A stretch of DNA of 64,000 nt from Octopus bimaculoides (taxonomy: Eukaryota), in NCBI RefSeq assembly GCF_001194135.2, contig NC_068992.1, positions 52,350,081 through 52,414,080 of the forward strand, read 5' to 3'. The notes below the pieces were generated by a model. The model made no database searches. It was not told where the DNA came from and saw nothing but the letters and a program-made list of their open reading frames with translations. Positions 26,376-38,895 of the stretch are shown here, piece after piece; within the stretch, counting starts at the first letter, position 1, and every line of letters begins with the position of its first letter. Position numbers and translations under genes: made by a program.

Positions 26376-27027
26376 TAATTGTCACATATTATTTACAGAT
26401 ATATATATATATATATATATANNNNNNNNNNNNNNNNNNNNNNNNNNNNNNNNNNNNNNNNNNNNNNNNNNNNNNNNNNNNNNNNNNNNNNNNNNNNNNN
26501 NNNNNNNNNNNNNNNNNNNNNNNNNNNNNNNNNNNNNNNNNNNNNNNNNNNNNNNNNNNNNNNNNNNNNNNNNNNNNNNNNNNNNNNNNNNNNNNNNNNN
26601 NNNNNNNNNNNNNNNNNNNNNNNNNNNNNNNNNNNNNNNNNNNNNNNNNNNNNNNNNNNNNNNNNNNNNNNNNNNNNNNNNNNNNNNNNNNNNNNNNNNN
26701 NNNNNNNNNNNNNNNNNNNNNNNNNNNNNNNNNNNNNNNNNNNNNNNNNNNNNNNNNNNNNNNNNNNNNNNNNNNNNNNNNNNNNNNNNNNNNNNNNNNN
26801 NNNNNNNNNNNNNNNNNNNNNNNNNNNNNNNNNNNNNNNNNNNNNNNNNNNNNNNNNNNNNNNNNNNNNNNNNNNNNNNNNNNNNNNNNNNNNNNNNNNN
26901 NNNNNNNNNNNNNNNNNNNNNNNNNNNNNNNNNNNNNNNNNNNNNNNNNNNNNNNNNNNNNNNNNNNNNNNNNNNNNNNNNNNNNNNNNNNNNNNNNNNN
27001 NNNNNNNNNNNNNNNNNNNNNNNNNNN

Positions 27028-27059
<32 letters not shown>

Positions 27060-27499
27060 GTATGCATGCACATATGGTTGTATGCATGGCTTGTATAGTA
27101 TACATATTGAAAAAAAGATAAAAGCATCATGAGACATAACAATACTTCTGCATCAATGACATTTGTTCTGAGTGGGTGAAACAACATATATGCATTATAT
27201 TGATTTAAATAGTTTATTTCACAAACTAAGGAGAGAGAAAATATAAATATCTCGGTAGACAATAACTCCTAGCAATCACATGTTCGTATGAAATGTAACC
27301 TGAACTTTTGAGGAAAACATAACAAACAACAAAAGGAAATAAGAAACTAATCAGTTATGTTGAAAACATATATGGAAACATAACATATACACTTTTATAC
27401 TTTTGAGACACGACAGAGCTGAAGAGAGGATGCATACATACTTAAATACATTGATGAATTGCATGCATCATGCATCTATATATTTAGATATGCATACAC

Positions 27500-27541
<42 letters not shown>

Positions 27542-29347
27542 NNNNNNNNNNNNNNNNNNNNNNNNNNNNNNNNNNNNNNNNNNNNNNNNNNNNNNNNNNN
27601 NNNNNNNNNNNNNNNNNNNNNNNNNNNNNNNNNNNNNNNNNNNNNNNNNNNNNNNNNNNNNNNNNNNNNNNNNNNNNNNNNNNNNNNNNNNNNNNNNNNN
27701 NNNNNNNNNNNNNNNNNNNNNNNNNNNNNNNNNNNNNNNNNNNNNNNNNNNNNNNNNNNNNNNNNNNNNNNNNNNNNNNNNNNNNNNNNNNNNNNNNNNN
27801 NNNNNNNNNNNNNNNNNNNNNNNNNNNNNNNNNNNNNNNNNNNNNNNNNNNNNNNNNNNNNNNNNNNNNNNNNNNNNNNNNNNNNNNNNNNNNNNNNNNN
27901 NNNNNNNNNNNNNNNNNNNNNNNNNNNNNNNNNNNNNNNNNNNNNNNNNNNNNNNNNNNNNNNNNNNNNNNNNNNNNNNNNNNNNNNNNNNNNNNNNNNN
28001 NNNNNNNNNNNNNNNNNNNNNNNNNNNNNNNNNNNNNNNNNNNNNNNNNNNNNNNNNNNNNNNNNNNNNNNNNNNNNNNNNNNNNNNNNNNNNNNNNNNN
28101 NNNNNNNNNNNNNNNNNNNNNNNNNNNNNNNNNNNNNNNNNNNNNNNNNNNNNNNNNNNNNNNNNNNNNNNNNNNNNNNNNNNNGTATGTATATATATAT
28201 ATATATATATTTACTGAGCTATGAAAGAAATGCCGCATTGTAAAAGATTGTTTCACACATGATATTGAAACTATATGGATTTTATTAGATTTCTAGGGAA
28301 ATTTGATATTTGGAAGATGTCACTGACCCACACCACTACTCTCTCTTGAAAACACAAAAATTGCATGTAGGGTCTTAACTTGCTCACTTTTTGCAAACAT
28401 GGTAATATGCTCATGAATGCTTTGTTTTGTAAAGCATGCTGCACATGCAAAACGTTGACTCTTTTTTATTTTTCGTTGGCTAGCCTCTTTCTTATGCCAT
28501 CTCTCTTTTTGTTCATTGGTTTCAACCATCACCATCACCGGTACCACCACCATCGCCACCACAACTGCCATACACACACCATTCAGACTTCTGACACCAC
28601 CCCAAATGGAAAGACAAAAAATGTTGTTTATCATGAAGCTTTGCAATAAGTTCCAAGTCGACATATTATAAAATTTAATATGTACTTAATGCATGAAGTG
28701 TCATTGTTGGGCTCAAGGACCAATGAAGAGCCATCCACAGGAGCTAGCTTAAAAGTCACCTGATAGGATGGCTTTTAAGCTAGTATATATATATATATAA
28801 AATAAGTATTGGGTTTTAAAATCTTTGGAATAAAAATTGGGGAATGCTACACTTGGGATTCGACCACATATCTCCTGGAGATGGGTAGCCTTCACTCTTT
28901 TCTACCCAAAAGAAATTTCAACCCAAATTTACATTTTATTATAGCNNNNNNNNNNNNNNNNNNNNNNNNNNNNNNNNNNNNNNNNNNNNNNNNNNNNNNN
29001 NNNNNNNNNNNNNNNNNNNNNNNNNNNNNNNNNNNNNNNNNNNNNNNNNNNNNNNNNNNNNNNNNNNNNNNNNNNNNNNNNNNNNNNNNNNNNNNNNNNN
29101 NNNNNNNNNNNNNNNNNNNNNNNNNNNNNNNNNNNNNNNNNNNNNNNNNNNNNNNNNNNNNNNNNNNNNNNNNNNNNNNNNNNNNNNNNNNNNNNNNNNN
29201 NNNNNNNNNNNNNNNNNNNNNNNNNNNNNNNNNNNNNNNNNNNNNNNNNNNNNNNNNNNNNNNNNNNNNNNNNNNNNNNNNNNNNNNNNNNNNNNNNNNN
29301 NNNNNNNNNNNNNNNNTATATATATATATATATATACATACAAACAC

Positions 29348-29401
<54 letters not shown>

Positions 29402-30062
29402 CACATATATATTACACATCCACACACACATCACACATACATACTGGCATCCATGTCAATTATTGTTAAGTACTATCCTGTCGTTTTTACATCAAAGCTA
29501 CATCGTCCATAGTCCTAAGACCGAGAACAGTACGGGAGACAAAGAAAGCTTATTTATATATTGTCTTCTTTTATCTGATGGCATATCATTTAAAGTAATT
29601 TCCTGGAGGTTTTAGTCAATTTTATGAAATCCAGTTCCATTTGGTCTGAGGCACCAAGTTATCAATAATTCAATGTTCGACCAGTATTCCTTGTGTTGAT
29701 GTTTCTGTATATATTCAATAACAAAGAATTCTCTTTACAGATTTTCTATTCTCAGATTTATTCCATGACAGTCATTTTTCTGATTGGCATTGTATATTGT
29801 TCTTGTGACAATTCTATATTGCATTGGGGATAGTACCTTATGACGTTTTTGAGCATCTGCTAATTACATTTGTGGTGTCTTCCACAGAAATATAACAAAA
29901 TTTATATATTTGTTTGCTTCCTGGAAAAGGAAGAAAACAATGCCCTACATGTTGTCAGTAAGCTCCTCGGGAAGCTCTCTTTCTGAGAAAGATACCTCAA
30001 AAAGGACCAGGATGTGAAACACTTAGCATACCAAAAAAAAAGGACTATACATAAGTTTAGGT

Positions 30063-30165
30063 GCAGGAGTGGCTGTGTGATAAGTAGCTTGCTTACCAAC
30101 TACATAGTTCTGGGTTCAGTCCCACTGCATGGCACCTTGGTCAAGTGTCTTCTACTATAGCCTAT
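30063..30165 (+). mobile_element. SINE family A, 5' fragment
   Basis: GCAGGAGTGGCTGTGTG...GGGTTCAGTCCC...GGCACCTTGGTCAAGTGTCTTCTACTATAGCCT. Confidence 0.75.
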
Positions 30166-30199
30166 ATTGTTGAATAATAATTCAGTGGTTTAATTAATT

Positions 30200-30520
30200 A
30201 AATGAGCTGAGTCACAGCTCAGTAATCTGAGTCATTGTTATGTGGTCTCTGAGTTATTAGTAAGTGATCTAACCCATTGTTAAGCCTACTGAATCATAGC
30301 TTAGTAGACTGTGTCAGTGGTAAGTGTTCTGAGCCATTGTTAATTCCTCCGAGTCACAGTTCAGGAGTCCAAGTCATTGTTAAGTTGTCTGAATCAGAAC
30401 TCAAGAGTCTGAACCATCATTAAGTGGCCTGAGTTATTGGTAAATGGTCTGAGTCACAGTTGAGTGAACTGAGTTACAGTCCTGTGCATTGAATCATAGT
30501 TCAGAGATTTGAGCCTATGT
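30200..30520. repeat. Degenerate ~20-bp minisatellite (CTGAGTCATTGTTAAGTGGT / CTGAGTCACAGTTCAGTAGT)
   Basis: CTGAG/CTGAA/CCGAG recurs at ~20-bp spacing, about 15 units. Confidence 0.7.
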
Positions 30521-30751
30521 TTTGTAGCTTAAAATTATATTTAGAGAAGGAAATTTTAGTTGACTTAAAGTCAGCACTTATTTAGTAGCCATATAATCAT
30601 AGACTTGCCCATCCTGACTGTCTCATCTATTTCTCTCTAGGTGTAGAATACCTCCTACACATTTAACCTACGTGTCTTACCTTTTTTTAATAAAGGTCAG
30701 ATGTGCTTTAAGGGCCATTGTCTGCAAAGTTTTATCAGTGTTCTGTACTAG

Positions 30752-30811
30752 AATATGAGAAAACAAGAATATTAATGAATGGAAATATTGTTTCAGAAGT
30801 TGAAAGAAAAG
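30752..30811 (+). CDS. Candidate 60-nt phase 1-1 exon (EYEKTRILMNGNIVSEVERK)
   Basis: Acceptor GTGTTCTGTACTAG, donor AAG|GTAAGC, open in phase 1. Confidence 0.35.
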
Positions 30812-31277
30812 GTAAGCAAAAAAAAAAAAGTCTTTCAAATGACTAAAGGAAAGGAGAAATTAATATGCAGCAGTATTAATAGCATTACATATTTTATTGG
30901 TGGAAAAAATTTATCTGTGCTTAAAAACAAATGTGTCTTGTAATGCAGGAATTTTCTTTACAATCTACATGCCATTTTGAATATGGAAAGCACTGGGTTA
31001 AAATCCCTTGTTCCCAATTTAGAAAATGTGAATAAGAATGAGAGATGCAAACCAATCACTTGTCAAAATAAACACTCTAAGCAAGATTTTCATGAGAAAT
31101 CTGGTTGATTGCAATGGTATGCAGGAGAAAAAACAGGTATACATGTGTCAGACAGTAATTGATGCAGTAAAATAATTGTAAATAGATAAATAAGTTACAG
31201 CTGAATGCCAAAAAGTTCAGAAACAACTATGGATATTTGAGTTACTATAACAGAGATACATGCTATGTTTTGTTATA

Positions 31278-31659
31278 TATTGGCACTCCGTCGCTTACGA
31301 CGTCGAAGGTTCCAGTTGATCCGATCAACGGAACAGCCTGCTCATGAAATTAACATGCAAGTGGCTGAGCATTCCACAGACACCTGTACCCTTAACGTAG
31401 TTCTCGGGAATATTCAGTGTGACACAGTGTGACAAGGCTGACCCTTTGAATTACAGGCACAACAGAAACAGGAAGAAAGAATGAGAGAAAGTTGTGGTGA
31501 AAGAGTACAGCAAGGTTCGCCACCATCCCCTACCAGAGCCTCGTGGAGCTTTAGGTGTTTTCACTCAATAAACACTCACAACGCCCGGTCTGGGAATCAA
31601 AACCGTGATCCTACGACCGCGAGTCCGCTACCTTAACCAGTGGGCCATTGCACCTCCAC
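31278..31659 (-). mobile_element. Full-length tRNA-headed SINE, family C
   Basis: Head GTGGAGGTGCAATGGCCCACTGGTTAAGG...GGTTTTGATTCCC; 11-bp TSD GTTTTGTTATA at 31267-77 and 31660-70. Confidence 0.9.
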
Positions 31660-31924
31660 GTTTTGTTATAACCACTAAGCTATTAATATATGTGCAGTGA
31701 GTGTGTACGTCAGAAGACCCTTGATTCAAGTTGTAACATTACAATGAATCTCAGAAAGATTTACAATGAAATCTATAACTTTCTGTTAGCAAAACAAAAA
31801 GATAGAGTAAAAACGGCCACAAGGATCTGAATAAAATGCTAACCAATCATTGAATTTATACATTGAATATGTTTACACTGAAACACCTCACTAAAATTTA
31901 AAGAAAATCACCATAAACTAAAGA

Positions 31925-32285
31925 GTCATCATCATCATCGTTTAACGTCCGCTTTCCCTGCTAGTATGGGTTGAACGATTTGACTGAGGAGTGGCGAAAC
32001 AGGTGGCTGCACCAGGCTCCAATCTTATTTGGCAGAGCTTCTACATCTGGATGCCCTTCCTAACACCAACCAATCTGAGAGTGTAGTGAATGCTTTTACG
32101 TGCCACCGGCATGAGGGCCAGCCACACGGTACTGGCAACGGCCACACTCAAAAAGGTGCTTTTTATGTTCCACCTGCATGGGAGCCAGTCCAACGGCACT
32201 GGAAAAGACCTCGCTCGAATGATTTTCTAATGTGCCACCAGCACAAGTGCTAGAAGGCAACGCTGGTAACGATTACGCTCAGAGT
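31925..32285 (-). mobile_element. 5'-truncated RTE LINE 3' end
   Basis: Reverse complement of the distal part of 4790-5495, with (CAT)n tail. Confidence 0.8.
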
Positions 32286-32589
32286 AGTTTCAGAAATTAG
32301 GTGTGTGTTGTATAGGATTCAATTCAGTACCAAAAAATATATAGAGAGAGAATCTAAAGTCATTTAAGAAATTTTGAGAGACATCTTGTTTGGAAAACAA
32401 TCTCTCAATAAAATACTATCGCAATGAAGAATGGAGATATGAATTCATGATTAAGATAGGTTTGCAATGAAGATGTTAGACTTAATTTCACATTTGGATC
32501 AAATTACAACTAGGCCCTTAGATAGCATTAGCAAAGTTTCATCTGTTACAAGGATTTGAGCCAAGTCTCTAGCCTTTGCATAACTTTCA

Positions 32590-33135
32590 TCATCATCTTC
32601 ATCATCATCATCATCCTTTAACGTCCGCTTTCCATGCTAGCATTGGTTGGATGATTTGACTGAAGACTGGCAAACCAGATGGCTGCACCAGGCTCCAATC
32701 TGATCAGGCAGAGTTTCTACATCTGGATGCCCTTCCTAACACCAACCACTCCGAGAGTGTAGTGAATGCTTTTATGTGCCACCGGCATGAGGGCCAGTCA
32801 GGCGGTACTGGCAACAACCATGCTCAAACAGTGTTTTTTACGTGCCACCTGCACAGCAGTCAGTCCAGCGACACTGGCAACGACCTCGCTCGAATATTTT
32901 GTTCACATGCCACCGGCACAAGTGCCAGTAAGGCAACGCTGGTAATGATCATGCTCAAATGGTGCTATTTTCATGCCACTGGCATGGAAGCCAGACAGCA
33001 GCTCTGGCAGAGATCCCACTCGGATGGTGCTGTTAGCGCTCCGCTGGCATGGGTACCAGTCATAGAATTTGGTTCAATTTCGATTTCACTTGCCCCCAAC
33101 AGGTCTTCGCAAGTAGCGTTCAGTGTCCAATGAAG
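32590..33135 (-). mobile_element. 5'-truncated RTE LINE 3' end, longer copy
   Basis: Includes the ~65-bp units and the CACTTGCCCCCAACAGGTCTT segment also seen at ~4880. Confidence 0.8.
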
Positions 33136-33323
33136 GATAAAATGCATGAGCTCTGACTTGCTTCCTTTTGGCTAAGTCATTGCCAAAAATTGATGCTTAT
33201 AAGAAACCATTTGACAGAATGATATCAAATAACATTCTCATATAACTTTTAAATAAAAAAATATATTAAAAATTAGTAGTTCATGACAAAAATATACTTA
33301 TACAAACATAGGTACATATGTAC

Positions 33324-33354
<31 letters not shown>

Positions 33355-33423
33355 GCAGTGTCTGTACATATATATATTGTATATATATATATATGTCTGT
33401 ATACATATGTATATATGTATATA

Positions 33424-33638
33424 CAGGTTTGGCCAAAATGCACCCGACAGTAAATCAAAATTCCATAAATACTATCTGTAATTCTGTATTGACTCGAATG
33501 GAAAAATGTGTCACTGAACAAGGTCTTAAGTTTGAACAATTTTCATGATGTTTCATATTTAGATGCTTTTATTAAATTCATTCAGTTGAAGAAAGATAAA
33601 TAAATCTTGGAATGTCAGGTAACTTTTGGCCAACCCTG
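33424..33638. mobile_element. Tc1/mariner-type MITE
   Basis: TIRs CAGGTTTGGCCAAAATGCACC and (reverse complement) CAGGGTTGGCCAAAAGTTACC, flanked by TA at 33422-23 and 33639-40. Confidence 0.75.
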
Positions 33639-34109
33639 TATACATATCATTATAGATATTGATAACTTATTTGAATTTTTTTAGTTGCATACGTATACTT
33701 GTGTGTGTATGTATGTATGTGTTTGTGATTGCATGTGTATGGCTGTGTATGTGTGTGAGTGTATCTTTTTGTCATATCATATCAAGCAATAATTGTAATC
33801 AAGTTTCACCATAATGCAAGCAGTGTCTTTTGTTTCCAATCTTCTTTGAAATGTGTCAGGCCATGAGGAAATAATACCTTTCTTGTTAGCAGGTGAAGGT
33901 TAACAACAGGAAGGGCTATCAGGCTTAGAAAACCTTCCTCAAAGTATTCCATTTGATCCAAGCCAGAAAGAAGAGATTAAAAAGATGATTACAATGATGT
34001 TCATATTTTCAAGCAACAAAGTTTATATACCCTACCTTGTTATTTTAAATTTATCCTATATTTGCAGACATCCTTTCATAATGAACAAAACTACAAAAGA
34101 AAACAAACT

Positions 34110-34510
34110 GCAGGCATGGCTGTGTGATAAGAAGTTTACTTCCAATCCACATGGTTCCAGATTCAAATCTACTGTTTGGCATCTTTGGCAAGTGTTTTCT
34201 ACTATAACCTTGGGTTAAATAAAGTCTTGTGGGTGGATTTGGTACATGGAAACTGAAAGAAGCCTGTCATATATGTGAGTATGTGTGTGTGTGTGTATGT
34301 GTCTTTGTGTTTATGTTTGTCTCCCACCACCAATTGACAACTGCTGTTGGTTTGTTTACATCACCGTAAACTAGCTGTTCAGCAAAAAGAGGCCAATAGA
34401 ATAAGTACTAGACTCAGATTAAAATAAGTCCTGGGATCGTTTCCTTCAACCAAAAGTTCTTTAAGGCATTGCCCCAACACCATCACAGTCTAATGAATGA
34501 AACAGATAAA
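34110..34510 (+). mobile_element. SINE family A, diverged near-full copy
   Basis: Colinear with 34667-35087 at lower identity. Confidence 0.7.
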
Positions 34511-34666
34511 AGTACCATGCAGTAGAACTGAACATGGTACTTCATGGTTAGGAAGAAAACTTCTTAACCACACAACCATACTTGCACTTAAATCCTTTGA
34601 AAATTAATTAAATAGTAGTAGTAAGAGAGCACTAGTATAGGCGGAGGAGTAAGAGAGTAGTAGTAT

Positions 34667-34840
34667 AGGCGCAGGAGTGGCTGTGTAATAAGTAACTTGC
34701 TTACCAAGCACATGGTTCCGGGTTCAGTCCCACTGTGTGGCATCTTGGGCAAGTGTCTTTTAATATAGCCTCGGGCTGATCAAAGCCTTGTGAGTGGATT
34801 TGATAGACAGAAACTGAAAGAAGCCCGTTGTATATATGTT

Positions 34841-34880
<40 letters not shown>

Positions 34881-35087
34881 TGTTTGTCCCACTAGCATTG
34901 CTTGACAACCAATGCTGGTATGTTTATGTCCCTGTCATTTAGCGGTTCGGCAAAAGAGACCGATAGAATAAGTACTAGGCTTACAAAGAATAAGTACCGG
35001 GGTCGATTTGCTCAACTAAAGGTGGTGCTCCAGCATGGCCGCAGTCAAATGACTGAAACAAGTAAAAGAGCAAAGAGTAAAAAGAGA
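34667..35087 (+). mobile_element. Full-length tRNA-headed SINE, family A (CORE-like segment, internal TA/TG microsatellite)
   Basis: A-box-like TGGCTGTGT, B-box-like GGTTCAGTCCC, GGCATCTTGGGCAAGTGTCTT resembling the CORE-SINE GACCTTGGGCAAGTCACTT motif, and AAAGAG-repeat tail. Confidence 0.9.
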
Positions 35088-35360
35088 GTACTACTTTAGC
35101 ATTGCATCTCTGCATAAAGTATACGTTGGTGGTTCCCTATTACTCTTAGGTCAGTTTAGGGAGTCATTGCTGGTGAGGGTTTTATGGGTTTGGAGCACGA
35201 AGTCTACCTCAGCCTCTTTTAGTAGCCTTTTATGATATGCAGAGGAGATGTCAGGTCTATTCTTTGACATGCCGGCCACCACCGCACAACAACGAATAAA
35301 ATAAACAATACATTTGGCAAAGAAATCTGAATGCTAAAGAGTTAAAGGTATAATATTCAG

Positions 35361-35399
35361 ATTTACCTGGGTGTCACACGGGTACACTAGATGAAACAG
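35361..35399 (+). CDS. Candidate 39-nt phase 1-1 exon (DLPGCHTGTLDET)
   Basis: Perfect donor CAG|GTAAGA, weak acceptor ATAATATTCAG, open in phase 1. Confidence 0.3.
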
Positions 35400-35659
35400 G
35401 TAAGAAACACTATTTGAAAAACAAAAAGAAGAAAAAAAGGAAGCATTGACTCAAAGTATTCTGAGAAAATAAAGCAAATATATTTCTCCTTGGTGTCCTT
35501 TATTTCCAAATTACAATGAAAGCATATCTGGTGGAGGAGAAATAATACTTAGATTGGAAATAGATGACGGTTGACTAAAGGAAGGGTGGTGCTTGACTGT
35601 AGAGGCTCTGCTTCAATGAATTCTGTCTGACCCATGTAAGCATGGGAAAGCAAGTGTTT

Positions 35660-35787
35660 TAAAACAATGACGGTGATGATGATGATGATGATGACGACGA
35701 CAACGATGATGACAATGGTGACAATGACGACAACGACGACAATGATGATGATGATGACAACGGTGCTGATGATGGTGACTGTGATGA

Positions 35788-35821
<34 letters not shown>

Positions 35822-36085
35822 GGTGGTGGTGGTGGTGGTGGTGGTGGTGATGGTGATGATGATGGTGATGATGATGACGACGACAACAACAATGATGACA
35901 ATGGTGACGATGACGACAACGATGACAATGATGATGATGATGACAACGGTGATGATGATGATGATGATGAGGATGATGATGATGGTGGTGGTGGTGGTAA
36001 TGTTGGTGGTGGTGGTGGTAATGGTGGTGGTGGTGGTTTTGGTGGTGATGACGATTGTAGTGTGGTGATGATGAGGATGATGAGG
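35660..36085. repeat. Compound (GAT/GAC/GGT)n microsatellite with an internal ~185-bp duplication
   Basis: The block ATGACGACGACAAC..GACAATGGTGAC..GACAACGGTG occurs at ~35691 and ~35874. Confidence 0.9.
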
Positions 36086-37980
36086 AGGTTATTTTGGAAT
36101 TTGTGGTTTTGTACCAATGTCATGAAATCATTATTTAACTGGGTGTGAGCTGTACTAGTTTGAGGATACTAGCTTTTACAAGACTACCAAACACTATTAC
36201 AAGAGAACAAAAACAAAAAAAGAACAACTATATTATACTACCAAGACAATATATATTTTGGAAAATATTAGAACAAAAGTTTCTGTGTAAATCATAATAG
36301 ATGGAAACTTTGTTGGCTGGTTACTGCCAGAGTAATGTTGACAAGATGGCTACATCACTGAAGCTGAAGCACTGGTAGCAGTGGAAAGCCAAAAAATGAC
36401 AATAGCTGAAGATATGGTAAAAAAAAATAGAGCTATGAAACTATGCAAACATAAATGTAATAAAAGAGGAAAGAATTTAAAAGGAATATAAAGGGTAATT
36501 AGGAATGTAAAGGGGATATGAACGACTGAAATATAATAAGAATTATACAAGAATATACGAGAATAAATATAAAGAACGTGAATATAATAAGGAATACAAG
36601 AATATGTATGGAATACAAAGGAATAAATAAGAAGGAATACTAATAAAATCATCAAGTAATGACAACAAAGTTTTTATCTTGTTCTTGGTTCATAGTTTGG
36701 AAGGAGACAACGATATATATTCATTAAATATACACAGCACGTAGCTAGGATATTGTTGGACAATAAAACAGAGCTGCTTTTCAAGTGATGTGTAGAAATG
36801 ACAGGCATCATGAACTCTGTAGATCTGAGAAGATTATTTTGAGAAGTCTTGTTACAGAATAGCAGTCAAATCACCCTGATACCACACTTTATGAACACGA
36901 AAAAATGAAGGGACACAGTGTATCTGATAGACTTAAATTAGATGCTGTGAGCTTTTTATGAGAGTGTGTGTCCATATTAGTGCTAATCATCCCCAAAATT
37001 CTTTACATTTGCCTGTGGAAAATTTTCAGTAGCAGACTTTTCACTTCCGTTGTAATTTTTTTAGATTTTAAAAAGATATTTTTTGTATTTACATTTTTAT
37101 TGCATTTACATTATATTTTTTATTATATTTACATAATTTATTTTTATAACATTTGCATTATAGTTTTATTATATATGCATTATATGTTTTTTATTATATT
37201 TATATTATTTTATCATAGGTCCATTAACAGTGATTTGTTTTAATGTCATGCTATACCACAGAATATATCTATAGATTTTAGCCAACACTGTATGTAAACA
37301 CTTTGTTTATATAAAATATCTTCCTCTTCTTCTGTTCATGAAAATATTGTATATAAAAAGACATGGTATTTACATCTCTCTATAAATACAGTAAATACAG
37401 TTTGGGCTAAAAGAAAAAAAAGAAAAAGAATTATCTATAGATATATTCTGTACTACAAAATAGATGCAGTGTTTATTTTATGAAGAAAGAGAAAAAAACA
37501 TTCTTCAAAGCATTCTTATAGAAATCTATTTAGACAATCGGTAACTTCTGAAATGTTTGAATGGGACAGCTTTAGGAATTACATGCTTTATTTATAGCAA
37601 TAATTCACAAAATGTAAAATTTTATGAATGAATAACAGCAATAAATGATCTTCTTCAGGAAAAAGGAGGAGTCTTGGTACTTATTCCTGTGTATTTTTAT
37701 TTACCAATCACAGAAATACAGCAGAGAAATAGAAATAAATGGAAGCATTTTAGGAAATGTTTAAACAATTATTAATATCAATAGTTTGAAAAAAGCAATT
37801 GAAAAATAATGATTTATAAATAGTATACTACTTTATAAGATAAAACAAAATTATTTTAATGTCAATGATTTTAAACTGGACGATAGAAAAACATCATTTA
37901 TAAATAATATTGTGACAACACAAAAAAAACAAGATGTATGAGCATTCATAAACATTTCATTTTCTGTAAAATGTTTTCAG

Positions 37981-38207
37981 TTTTGCCAATTAATACCAGT
38001 AATATACATGGTGATTATGAGAGCTCTTTGTACAGCACTGATCTTATCAACAGGGCTGCTCCTATAATTAGATATAACACTCTTCCTTATGAAAACACTG
38101 TGTCACATATGGATGTTGATGCAAGAACTATTAACTCTATCGTACCATGTTTCCAGTACACCAGGAGCAGCATAAACATATTCTCTACTGGATTCCCATT
38201 AAATTGA
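37981..38207 (+). CDS. Candidate terminal coding exon (VLPINTSNIHGDYESSLYSTDLINRAAPIIRYNTLPYENTVSHMDVDARTINSIVPCFQYTRSSINIFSTGFPLN*)
   Basis: Acceptor TTTCTGTAAAATGTTTTCAG; 75 open codons of non-repetitive, GC-richer sequence within very AT-rich flanks; AATAAA just after the TGA. Product not recognised. Confidence 0.45.
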
Positions 38208-38669
38208 TAATAAACAACACACAACTGATCACACTACAGTTTTGTAACCACATTTGTTTATGACTCATTGTAAATTGGGTTCCCCATAACTGTTGCTTAC
38301 TTTTGCATTTAATTTTAAAAAATCTATTTTGCAATGAAGCAATCATGTGATAAACCCTGCACTTCATCTTGTAAATTGAGCAAAGCCTAGACTTTTTGGC
38401 TTTGAAGAAATTATTAATGATATTTATTCTTCAGATAAAGGGTTTACCTTTATGCTGGCAACGAGAGTGATTAGGACAATCAAACTGGTGAGAGTAATGA
38501 GGAAATTAGCGATTCAATTGAACAATTATGGTAAATCATTTAAACATTTCTGCAAAAAACAAGACGTGAGCATTCATAACATGAACAAAAAGACAAGAAA
38601 CGCTTCAGTTTTGTCATTAATATCAGTAATGCATAAATTTTTCGAGTTTCTTCAGGTGTTTATGGGCCC

Positions 38670-38895
38670 TATGCATCTTCTGTGCAATGCCATGTAAAAG
38701 TGCTTGTGCAGTGCCACATAAACGCACCCAGTACACTCTGTAAAGTGGTTGGTGTTAGGAAGAGAATCCAGTTGTAGAAACCATACCAAATCAGATTGAA
38801 GTCTGGTGCAGCTCCCAGTTTGCCAGCTTTGGTCAAACTATCCAACCCATGCCAGCATGGACAACGGATGTTAAAAGATGATGCAGATGATGATG
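38670..38895 (+). mobile_element. Decayed RTE LINE 3' end
   Basis: GTGGTTGGTGTTAGGAAGAGAATCCAGTTGTAGAAACC...CCAACCCATGCCAGCATGG plus GAT tail. Confidence 0.7.

Noticed and set aside
29440-29890. GC-richer minus-strand block reading HQHKEYWSNIELLITWCLRPNGTGFHK
   Set aside because: No sustained frame or diagnostic RT/endonuclease motif.
30681-30721. Minus-strand exon-like segment with AAG|GTAAGA donor
   Set aside because: Lies in a decayed interspersed repeat and has no compatible neighbours.
31580-31659. tRNA-like sequences here and at 49335-49410 and 53180-53257 as functional tRNA genes
   Set aside because: Each continues into a SINE body, and the cloverleaf stems are broken.
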